Shown here: in pieces, positions 28,990-36,909 of the stretch
Position numbering within the stretch: the first letter of the stretch is position 1
Layout of the letters: each line of letters starts with the position of its first letter
From: Phycisphaerae bacterium
GTDB lineage: Bacteria > Planctomycetota > Phycisphaerae > UBA1845 > Fen-1342
DNA length: 47,058 nt
Direction of reading: 5' to 3'
Assembly: GCA_050115495.1 (NCBI GenBank)
Contig: JASFQK010000045.1
Coordinates: forward strand, 1 to 47,058
Position numbers and translations under genes: made by a program
The notes under the pieces: generated by a model
What the model saw: the letters and a program-made list of their open reading frames with translations, nothing else
The model's database searches: none
Told to the model about the DNA's origin: nothing

Positions 28990-29970
28990 CTACTCTATTA
29001 TGGTCGCGGCCGGCGCGTAGTCGAGCAGGTCGTCCCGGCAAAAAACGGGGCCGTCGGTGCAGGTCAGCGCCCAGCGCCAACCGTCGGGACGGTCGGCGGC
29101 GCGGCTCCGGACCACGCACGACAGGCACGTCCCCAGGCCGCAACCCATCTTCCGCTCGATGCACAACTGGCAGTCCAGGCCCAGGCGACGCGTGAGGTCG
29201 GCAACCGCCCGCAACATCGGCTCAGGACCACAGGCCAGGACCAGCGCCCGTGCCACGCCGCGCCCCGCCGCCCAAGCTTGCAGCGCGTCCGTCGTCCGTC
29301 CGCGCACGCCCAGACTGCCGTCGTCGGTAGTGATGATCGTCGCGTAGGGCGCATCGCCGGGCAGTTCGACGCAGCGGCGCGGCTCACCCTGTGGATCGGG
29401 ATCGCCGGTGAGGTGCAGCGGCAGCAAGTCCCGCGTGGTGGCGCCGAATATCGCCGTAACATCAGGCCAGTGCAGGTCGTGCAGCCGCCGCGCCATGAAC
29501 AGCAACGGTGGAATGCCGACGCCTCCACCGATCAGAGCGACGGGCACGGGCTCGTCGGGCAGCTTGAAGCCGTGTCCGAGCGGACCGGTGAGGTTCAACG
29601 TGTCGCCGGCGCGCAACTGCGCCAGCCAGCGTGTGCCTGTGCCCACGGCGCGCGAGATCACGCGCAAATGATGCGTGCCCGCCGGATCGCGCCAGCAGTC
29701 GGCGATGCTGAACGGTCGGCGGAGAAAGGCCTCCTGCGCGGGGCCGACGTGTGAGGAGAGCGACGGAAAACCGTCTGCGGGCCATGCGACGGCCCGCGCC
29801 GTCGCGTCTGTCTCGTCGCCGCAGCGCAGTTGCAGGAACTGCCCGGGGTCGGTGTCGGGGAACGTAGGCAGCGCGAGTTCGATATCGACGTGCTCGCGAC
29901 AGATGGCGGTCGCGCGCGTGACACGGGCATCGACCGCGCCGAGCAACGTCGTGTGCTGCTGATGGGGCAT
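28990..29970 (-). CDS. pyrK: Dihydroorotate dehydrogenase electron transfer subunit
   Basis: PGQFLQL, LRRPFSI, GPLGHGF, GGGVGIPP, ACGPEPM and the 2Fe-2S motif MGCGLGTCLSC...TC.DGPVF. Confidence 0.9.
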   Translation of the reverse strand: MPHQQHTTLLGAVDARVTRATAICREHVDIELALPTFPDTDPGQFLQLRCGDETDATARAVAWPADGFPSLSSHVGPAQEAFLRRPFSIADCWRDPAGTHHLRVISRAVGTGTRWLAQLRAGDTLNLTGPLGHGFKLPDEPVPVALIGGGVGIPPLLFMARRLHDLHWPDVTAIFGATTRDLLPLHLTGDPDPQGEPRRCVELPGDAPYATIITTDDGSLGVRGRTTDALQAWAAGRGVARALVLACGPEPMLRAVADLTRRLGLDCQLCIERKMGCGLGTCLSCVVRSRAADRPDGWRWALTCTDGPVFCRDDLLDYAPAATIIE

Positions 29971-30032
29971 GCAGTTATCCGTACACGGCGCGGCCGAACG
30001 ATCGGGATGCACTGACCGGCGCCGGTCGCGGC

Positions 30033-30062
30033 ACCGTAGCGGTGAGCGCGCGCGGTTGTCAA
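30033..30062 (-). promoter_or_regulatory. Candidate sigma70 promoter for pyrK (TTGACA-N18-TACGGT)
   Basis: A perfect -35 at 30062-30057 overlaps the upstream terminator U-tract. The -10 is weak. Confidence 0.4.
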
Positions 30063-30105
30063 AAAAAAACTTCCGGGACCACGCCGTCAGGCAGGTCCCG
30101 GAAGT
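30061..30105 (-). terminator. Intrinsic terminator
   Basis: Perfect 12-bp stem acttccgggacc (30069-30080) / ggtcccggaagt (30094-30105), running into a 9-T tract on the minus strand. Confidence 0.9.
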
Positions 30106-30170
30106 GCGCCACGGCTAGAACAGCCGCTAATTCCAAATCGTCTGAACCACGCTGGGTTCGATCAATCTCA
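30061..30170 (-). ncRNA. Candidate ~110-nt small RNA (or terminated leader) of unknown family
   Basis: Bounded by the promoter at 30176-30204 and the terminator. Two internal hairpins (gaacc/ggttc and cggct/agccg) and no credible ORF. Confidence 0.55.
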
Positions 30171-30175
30171 AGTGC

Positions 30176-30204
30176 ACTATAGCCAAAGGGTCAGCGGGTG
30201 TCCA
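30176..30204 (-). promoter_or_regulatory. sigma70-type promoter TGGACA-N17-TATAGT
   Basis: Each box matches consensus at 5 of 6 positions, with a 17-nt spacer. Confidence 0.7.
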
Positions 30205-30417
30205 CACGCACAAGGGCTTTTTGGGTTGGCTGTGGGATTTCACATAACCTCTTTGTAATAATGGGCTTGCGTGTTATTAACAGCCTGATTATAAAGGTGC
30301 AGGTCCGCCGCTCGTCGGGCCTTTGTAATAGGACTTGTCGGGTCCTAAATTGCACTGCGGACCCCGTCGGCGGTTGGTCCGGATAGCTTGACGAGCAATG
30401 GACTCCGGTGCTGTTCA

Positions 30418-30813
30418 ATGAGCAAGCCGATTCATCGAATCGCCGTCGCGCTGGTCCACCGTGATGGGCGATGGCTCGTCGCCAAGCGGCCGTCGCACGT
30501 GCACCTACCGAGCGTGTGGGAGTACCCGGGCGGGAAGATCGAAGCTGGCGAGGAGGCAGCGCGGGCGGCGGAGCGCGAAGTCCTCGAAGAGACCGGTGTT
30601 CACGTCACGGTCGAGCGCGTCCTGCCGCCGTTGACGCACGACTACGACGACCGCATCGTCGAGCTGACGCCCGTGATCTGTCGTTGGCAGGCCGGCGAGG
30701 CGCAGCCGCTGGCGAGCGATGAGTGCCGCTGGGTCACCGTGTCGGAGCTGCGCACGCTGGAGATGCCGCCGGCAAACGAGCAGATCCTGGTGCTATTGCC
30801 GCCGCTCGAATGA
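30418..30813 (+). CDS. NUDIX hydrolase, MutT/NudG-like
   Basis: WEYPGGKIEAGEEAARAAEREVLEETG Nudix box, HDY and MPPAN. Confidence 0.92.
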   Translation: MSKPIHRIAVALVHRDGRWLVAKRPSHVHLPSVWEYPGGKIEAGEEAARAAEREVLEETGVHVTVERVLPPLTHDYDDRIVELTPVICRWQAGEAQPLASDECRWVTVSELRTLEMPPANEQILVLLPPLE

Positions 30814-30837
30814 GGGCGACCGTAACCGTGCCCGGAA

Positions 30838-30852
30838 CCGCGTTGCACGCGG
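30838..30852. repeat. Short palindrome between convergent genes
   Basis: ccgcgt-tgc-acgcgg. Confidence 0.35.
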
Positions 30853-30930
30853 CTGGCGTTAGCCGAGATAGGGGACAGGCACTCGCCTTGTCCGGCTATC
30901 GCGTCCCGCCGAGGCCATCCCAATGGGTCG

Positions 30931-32586
30931 CTACTGGTTCTTCCATTCGAGGAGCTGGTCCTGCAGGGCCTGCTCTTCGGCCAGTTGAAGGGCGTGGGCG
31001 ACGTCGATCGCCTCTTGCAGGGCGGCGATGGCCAGGTCGCGCCGCCCCAATTCCATGTGCAGGTTCGCGATCTGACGCAGGCATTTGAACTGGCTCATCA
31101 GGTCGTCGCCGGTGCGCAGGGCCTCGTACGCGGCGACGTATTCCTTGAACGCCTCCTCGGGTGCGCCGCGGCCCTGATGCACAGCGCCCAGCGCGATGCG
31201 GACCATCGGTTTCATCGGGTCCGAGGCGACCTCCAGGCAATGCTGGGCCGCATTCAGAGCTTCGTCCCACCGCTCGCGGCGCTGATGGCTCTGCGTCAGG
31301 TAGAGCCAGACCGTGGCCTGGTTGAACCGCGAGCCGCTACGTTCGGCGGCGCGGAGCGCCTGCTCGTGCAGGGCCAGAGCGCGGTTCTCGTTGCCGAGCT
31401 GCTCGTGAATGAGCGCCAGCTTGTTGGCCGAGGTCGTCTCGGCGATGCTGTCACCCAGGGCGTGCGAGAGCGTCAGGCTCGCCTCCTGCCATTGGGCGGC
31501 GTGGCGCAGGTTGTGATCCTGAAAGCGCTTGCGGGCGTCCTCGCTGAGTTCGGCCCCTGTTGGCGGCATTCGCGTGAGGTACAGATCGCACAGGGTGTTC
31601 ATGGCGGCGATCTGTCCGTAGGGCTCGTCCCGCTCGTAGGACATCGCGATGGCCGATTCCATCCGCGTGTAGGCGGCGTCAAACGAGCCGGCCAGGCTCA
31701 GCAGCACGCCCAGGCCCAGCTCGGCGATCGTCATGTCGTATGAGTCGTGGGCCGCTTCGGCGACATCGCGCAGACCGTGCAGGCGGGCACCGGCCTGCCG
31801 CATGCCTGCCGGCCCGGCCTGTATGTCCAACTGGGCCAGGAGGGCCAGTGCCGGGCGATACCGCGGGTCGTAGTCGGCGGATTCCGCCGCGTACTCACTG
31901 GCGGCCCGGAAGTCGTGCGCACGACCGGCCGTCACGGCGCGCATGTAGTACTCCAGTGCCGATGGCGTGCGCGCCGGCGGATCGAAGATGAGCCGCTGTT
32001 GCTCCGGCGTGCCGGCCTCGACGCCGAGCTGTCCCAGCACCCAGCGCGTCGCCGGCGCGAAGATCTCCAGCACGCGGCCGGGTGGCAGCGTCGTTTCGCC
32101 CGGCGTCCGGCCGGAATCGCCGAGCGGGCGCAGCTCCAGCCGCAACGTGACGGCCGACGGCGAGCCGCTGCAATGTCCGGTAATCAGCACGTCGGCGCCG
32201 AGCGCGGTGGCGACGCGCGGCCAGTCGGGCGCAACGCCGCCTTCGGTTAGCTCCTGCCGGCCCTGGTACAGCCGCACGCCGGGGACGACGATCAGCCCGG
32301 GCACGCGCGTCAGGCAGCGGGTCAGCGTCTCTTCGACGGCACCGGCGACCCACTTATCGCGCTCGTCGGCATCGTTGGCCATGGTGAAGCCGGCGAGGGC
32401 GACGTGCGGGCGGCCTGCGAGTGTCGTATCGCCGCTCGCGGGCGTCGTTTGCGCCGGCGGATCGCCGATGGCGAAGGTCGATGCGGACAGTGCGAAGACC
32501 AGCGCGATCGTGCCCAGGCGCGCTGATACCGTGTGGCGAGACGGGGGGCGTGTACGCATGACGGCCCTCTTTCCAGTTTGCGACAT
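30931..32586 (-). CDS. Exported protein with TolB-N/CsgG-like alpha/beta domain and TPR repeats
   Basis: Signal peptide (STFA); VALAGF...GLIVV...LGADVLITG; many TPR-like helical repeats. Confidence 0.75.
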   Translation of the reverse strand: MSQTGKRAVMRTRPPSRHTVSARLGTIALVFALSASTFAIGDPPAQTTPASGDTTLAGRPHVALAGFTMANDADERDKWVAGAVEETLTRCLTRVPGLIVVPGVRLYQGRQELTEGGVAPDWPRVATALGADVLITGHCSGSPSAVTLRLELRPLGDSGRTPGETTLPPGRVLEIFAPATRWVLGQLGVEAGTPEQQRLIFDPPARTPSALEYYMRAVTAGRAHDFRAASEYAAESADYDPRYRPALALLAQLDIQAGPAGMRQAGARLHGLRDVAEAAHDSYDMTIAELGLGVLLSLAGSFDAAYTRMESAIAMSYERDEPYGQIAAMNTLCDLYLTRMPPTGAELSEDARKRFQDHNLRHAAQWQEASLTLSHALGDSIAETTSANKLALIHEQLGNENRALALHEQALRAAERSGSRFNQATVWLYLTQSHQRRERWDEALNAAQHCLEVASDPMKPMVRIALGAVHQGRGAPEEAFKEYVAAYEALRTGDDLMSQFKCLRQIANLHMELGRRDLAIAALQEAIDVAHALQLAEEQALQDQLLEWKNQ

Positions 32587-32732
32587 TGCCGATGCAGCCG
32601 CCGATGATAACCGGCGGGCGCCGGGCCGGCCAAACGGGTTCGGCCGCCGGCGCTGTCACCGCCGGGCGGGTCGGCTATCATAGCCAGCGGTAAGCCACAC
32701 GATCGCGGGGATTGGCACCGGGGCAAAAAGGG

Positions 32733-35378
32733 ATGCAGATGGTTCGACTCCAGTATTGGGTTGTCGCCGCGTTGCTGTCGGCGTCGGTTGCGACGGGTCT
32801 GGCGGCCAGTCACCGGGATTGGACGGCTGTGCCTCTGGGTTCGTTCACGTTGCAGGAGGGCGAGCAGACGATCCAACTCGCCCGCCCGTACGACCGTTTC
32901 GGCGTCATTCCGTCACCGATCGTGCTGGCCGCGGTGTTCGAGCCGGTGCCCGACGGTGCGGAGATCGAGATTCATTTGGTCGTTGCGGGGCGCGACCTGC
33001 CCACGTGGACGGTGCGGCAGCCGGGGGAGATGTACGTGTTGGGCGTGGCGGTGCAGGAGACGCTGGCCGGCGGTGGCGAGAAGCCGACAATCGCCGTGGA
33101 TGTGACGGTGAGCGGTGCGCCGAACGGCCTGGTGCTGATGGCCAGCGGCTCGCCGGAGCTGGGCTTCGCCGGTCGGGACGCGCTGGGACCGCTGACGGAC
33201 GTGATCGCCCGGCTGGAGCGCGGGGTGGGGCGTGAGTACCTGGGGGCGGTGGCCGGCCTGGTGGCGGGGCGGACCGAGATGGCCACGAGTGAATTCGACC
33301 GGCTGTCGCAGGATGCGGACCCGGCGGTGGCCCGTTTCGCACGGGCGGCGCTGCGCCGGCTGCGCTTCGCCGACGCGGAGGCGCGAGCGGCGGCGGACTT
33401 CCCGGCGCAGTACCGGCTCGGGCTGTACGCCCAGCAGTGCGGCCTGTCGCGAGCGGCCCGGCTGCATTTCGAGACCGCGCTGCGGGCGCTCAGCGAGAAC
33501 CCGCCGCGGCCGGGCGACTGGTTCATCAGCGACGCCTGGTACCGACTGGGCGAGACGATGGAGCGCTGCGGCGAGCCGATCGCGGACGTGGCCCGCGTGA
33601 TCGAGCAGGCCGGCCGTACCGGTGGTGTGCAGCCGAACGTCTGGGACGTGTGGGTGGTGATCCTGCTGTCGAAGGAATATGAGGAGACGCGCGACGGCGA
33701 GCGCGTCATGGTGCGGGTGGACATGACGCCGGAGCAGATCGCCCGCATCAAGACGGAGTGGGGCTGGGTCGAGCAGATGGTCTACGGCGCGTCCGGCGGA
33801 CACTACAAGCTGAACACGCGCTACGTCGAGGTCCCGGACGAAACCGCCGTGCCTTACGGGATGAACGTTGGTTGGCTCTATGGTCCGCTGGATGACATCG
33901 TGCCCGTGCGCGGCAGCGTCGATTGCGTCATGTCGTTTCACCCGCGCGGGCCGAGCGTGACTGGCGGCGCCGACTGCGGCCCGAACGGGGCGGCTATGAC
34001 GGACATCGGTACCTGGTGTGGCTGGGAGGTGTACCTGCACGAGTGGAACCACCAGTTCGACTGGACGCTGCGTACGGACGAGGCCGGAGACGGCTATCCG
34101 ATCACGCACCACTCCGATAGCTGCGGTCACCAGCCCATCCCGTCGATGGGCTACGGCCACCGGTCGAGCATGCGCTACTACATCACGCCGGCCATGTACC
34201 ACCGCATGCAACCGGCGGACGTCGACCCGGGTGCGGGCCACATCCGCCACTGGTGGATCGGACAGCCGACCGCGCTGGCGATGCGGCCAGCCGAGGGCAC
34301 GTTGCCGTCGCACAACGCCCTGCGCCTGTTCCCGCCGCCGGAGGAAATGCACCGCTTGCCGGAGCAGCACTACGCTTCGGCGACAGACTTCGTCGATTTG
34401 CGGGGGGTGCTGGCCGAGCGCGAGATCAAGACGGACGATTGGTGTGTCACGCCGGCGACGGCGTACGTGCTCTCGCCGCGACGGCAGGAAGTGCGGCTCT
34501 GGCTCGGTCACAACGACGGCATGGCTGTGCGCCTCAATGACGAGCTCATCCACCGCGGCGACTACTACGCGATCGCCAAGTTCGAGGATCAGGACTGGCC
34601 CAACATGGTGGCCATCGGTGCGACGCTACGGCAGGGCTGGAACCGGCTGGACGTCATGGTCGAGTCGTGGCCGGCGCCGCGCAACCATGGGTACGGCTTC
34701 TCCGTACGCATTTGCGATCTGGGCAACAAGCCCCTGCCGGACGCCGTCGTGGCTGACGAGAGCATGGGTGTGCCGGCGTCGATCGCGGCGGATCCGTTGC
34801 GGCCGACGGCGGGCAAGCGCTATCGCTGGGACGACGTTCGCGACGACTTCTATCACCGGCTGCCGCGGCTGGATGCGGCGGCGTTGGCCGAGTATGCGAA
34901 GCTGCCCGAGAGCTTTGAGGTGAAGGCCAGCATCGGGGCCACGCAAGGCTATGTGGCGCTGGGCACGCCGGACGACTCGCCGGCGACGCCGCGTGGTGGT
35001 GTCGTGCTGCGCGATGTGCCGGCGGAATGGCGGCGCGACCGCGATGCGGACCTGCGGCTGAACAACGTACTCGATTGGAACCGCGAGGCGGTTGCCGTGT
35101 ATCCGTTCGGCAAGCCCGGCCTGCGCGAGCCGCAGCGGCACTATCTGGTCATGCGGCCGGAGGCGTTCGAGGCGTATTTCAACTGCACGGCCGAGTCGCC
35201 GACGGCCCGCGAGTTCTTCAGCGGCCTGGCGCTGCGCGACCGCGTGCTCGGGTACATCCAAGTCGGGCGGCTGGAGGGCGAGGCCGAAGGCGTGCGGGCG
35301 CTGATCGTGGTGGAGGCCGCGCTGCCGGGCCCGCTGCCGCTCGATGAAGAAGATCTGCTGCGGCCGCTGGCGGAGTGA
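32733..35378 (+). CDS. Large exported protein: TPR-like region, HExxH zinc-metallopeptidase-like domain and beta-sandwich domain
   Basis: Signal peptide; YLHEWNHQFD followed by THHSDSCGH; RLWLGHNDGMAVRLND...LRQGWNRL beta-sandwich pattern. Confidence 0.7.
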   Translation: MQMVRLQYWVVAALLSASVATGLAASHRDWTAVPLGSFTLQEGEQTIQLARPYDRFGVIPSPIVLAAVFEPVPDGAEIEIHLVVAGRDLPTWTVRQPGEMYVLGVAVQETLAGGGEKPTIAVDVTVSGAPNGLVLMASGSPELGFAGRDALGPLTDVIARLERGVGREYLGAVAGLVAGRTEMATSEFDRLSQDADPAVARFARAALRRLRFADAEARAAADFPAQYRLGLYAQQCGLSRAARLHFETALRALSENPPRPGDWFISDAWYRLGETMERCGEPIADVARVIEQAGRTGGVQPNVWDVWVVILLSKEYEETRDGERVMVRVDMTPEQIARIKTEWGWVEQMVYGASGGHYKLNTRYVEVPDETAVPYGMNVGWLYGPLDDIVPVRGSVDCVMSFHPRGPSVTGGADCGPNGAAMTDIGTWCGWEVYLHEWNHQFDWTLRTDEAGDGYPITHHSDSCGHQPIPSMGYGHRSSMRYYITPAMYHRMQPADVDPGAGHIRHWWIGQPTALAMRPAEGTLPSHNALRLFPPPEEMHRLPEQHYASATDFVDLRGVLAEREIKTDDWCVTPATAYVLSPRRQEVRLWLGHNDGMAVRLNDELIHRGDYYAIAKFEDQDWPNMVAIGATLRQGWNRLDVMVESWPAPRNHGYGFSVRICDLGNKPLPDAVVADESMGVPASIAADPLRPTAGKRYRWDDVRDDFYHRLPRLDAAALAEYAKLPESFEVKASIGATQGYVALGTPDDSPATPRGGVVLRDVPAEWRRDRDADLRLNNVLDWNREAVAVYPFGKPGLREPQRHYLVMRPEAFEAYFNCTAESPTAREFFSGLALRDRVLGYIQVGRLEGEAEGVRALIVVEAALPGPLPLDEEDLLRPLAE

Positions 35379-35407
35379 GGACACGGTGGCCAGGGCCGGG
35401 GGGGGAA

Positions 35408-35454
35408 AGCAGCATGCTGCTGCTATTGAGTTCAGCCGGGCGAGGTGCTATCCT
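35408..35454 (+). promoter_or_regulatory. Candidate promoter TTGAGT-N17-TATCCT (extended -10 TG) with upstream 14-bp palindrome
   Basis: AGCAGCATGCTGCT at 35408-35421, -35 at 35426-35431, -10 at 35449-35454. Confidence 0.4.
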
Positions 35455-35632
35455 AACGCTGTACATATCTGCCAGGCAGGGATACCGCCGCAACGTTCGA
35501 GGAGGGTTTGCGTGCGGTCGAGATGCTTTGAGGGACATGGTGGTTGGGTCCGTGTCGTGCTCCGCGAGTATGCGGGCGCCGCGCCGGGGCTGCGCCCGCG
35601 TTCCAATAGGCCATTGTCGGAGGAAGGACACC

Positions 35633-36880
35633 ATGAAGCGCAGCTGGTTTCCTGTGGCCGTCTTTTTGGCGGTGCTCATCGGCGGAGTCGCATCAGTTTC
35701 GGCCGACGATTACGACGTGTACGCCAGAGCTCTCTCTGGCGATCCGGTTCCCGACGTGAACAAGGACCCATTTCCTCCGGTGGAGGGAGACCGTAGTTGC
35801 TGGCAGGCGGCGGCGGCGAATATGTTGGCTGCCGGTGGGTGGGGATTGCCAGAGATGACGGCGCAGGAGGCTGCGAACAGCATCTATGGTCACATGACTG
35901 GACACTTCGGGAAGAACCACGGCGGCTTTCCCGAGGTGGCCATGACGTGGTGGCTGTACAACTACGGCTGTAACCCGATGGCGGTCGGAGGGTGGTACCA
36001 GCCGGAGATGACGTACAACGACGTCTTCGGTTTCTACTGGGATTTGAGATTCCCCGTACGGGCGGCCTACGAGTACTCGCTCGGCGCGCTGCAGGAGGGT
36101 CGCTACGCGGCGGTGACCTGGACGCTGGCTCGCCAAATGGACTCGCTGCACACGATGACGTTCGTCGGCGGCAACCGGCCCGATGGTGGCCGCGCGCCGG
36201 TTTCCGTGTGGCACGACTCGGACGTGAATGCTGTTGCGCCAGGCGACGACCAGTATCCCAACGCGTTCGCCGGGGGATCGGGCAATTGGACGCTTCCTGG
36301 TGTGGCAGAAGGTCCGGTGTCTTACGCCGAGCTGAGCGCGGGTGCAGTGCGCGACCCGGAGTGGCTTACTGCCACGACGGTGTACACCGCTGTCTACTAC
36401 CGCGACCTCATCGGGCCTTTCACGACCGTTCCCCTCTGGCGACCGCGCGTCGATGGTCTGACCGACCCGACGTGGCAGCAGGACGCGGCGCAGAAGTGGA
36501 AGATCCTGGATCTCCCCTCAATTGGGGAGCCGGCGCCGGACGATCAGCTTGATCTGTATCTGTTCATCGACCTGCTCGACCGGCCTGAGTGGAGCGAAGA
36601 GAATCCGCTCCCGGTCATCCAGTTCGACGACGGCTTGGGGGGCTTGTGGGCGCCGGAGGTAACGCAGTCGGGTACGGAGAGCGGGCAGCTTCTCTATCAC
36701 TGGTGCCTCGGCAATGTTCCGGCGACGAAGCGGCTGCGATTCCCGGAGGAGAACTACTGCAACCTGACGTTCGGCATCTGGTCGCTCGATATCTCCTACC
36801 AGTACCGGGCAGTGCCGGAGCCGGGTGCGCTGGCTGGGCTGGTGCTGGCGGCAGTGGTGGTCTTGCGCCGCGTGCGCTAG
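35633..36880 (+). CDS. PEP-CTERM surface protein with IdeS/Mac-like cysteine protease motif
   Basis: Signal peptide (VSA/D); DVNK...DRSCWQAAAANML; LHTMTF; C-terminal VPEPGALAGLVLAAVVVLRRVR. GGAGG/AAGGA RBS. Confidence 0.75.
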   Translation: MKRSWFPVAVFLAVLIGGVASVSADDYDVYARALSGDPVPDVNKDPFPPVEGDRSCWQAAAANMLAAGGWGLPEMTAQEAANSIYGHMTGHFGKNHGGFPEVAMTWWLYNYGCNPMAVGGWYQPEMTYNDVFGFYWDLRFPVRAAYEYSLGALQEGRYAAVTWTLARQMDSLHTMTFVGGNRPDGGRAPVSVWHDSDVNAVAPGDDQYPNAFAGGSGNWTLPGVAEGPVSYAELSAGAVRDPEWLTATTVYTAVYYRDLIGPFTTVPLWRPRVDGLTDPTWQQDAAQKWKILDLPSIGEPAPDDQLDLYLFIDLLDRPEWSEENPLPVIQFDDGLGGLWAPEVTQSGTESGQLLYHWCLGNVPATKRLRFPEENYCNLTFGIWSLDISYQYRAVPEPGALAGLVLAAVVVLRRVR

Positions 36881-36909
36881 GCTGGCTGACTAGTGGGTTG
36901 TGCTGCGCT

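Noticed and set aside
30128..30166. 12-codon TTG ORF (LIEPSVVQTIWN) inside the candidate sRNA
   Set aside because: No RBS, a weak start codon and no codon run relevant to attenuation. It cannot be supported as a leader peptide.
30195..30290. Possible oriC or dif site in the AT-rich spacer
   Set aside because: Only degenerate DnaA-box-like words (gtgtccaca, ttattaaca), no dnaA or dnaN nearby, and no XerD arm (TTATGTTAAAT).
30191..30418. Short ORFs 30191-30418 (-) and 30198-30386 (+)
   Set aside because: Atypical codon usage, no RBS, and they overlap promoter elements.
35375..35632. Upstream extension of the PEP-CTERM ORF
   Set aside because: The RBS and signal peptide place the start at 35633.
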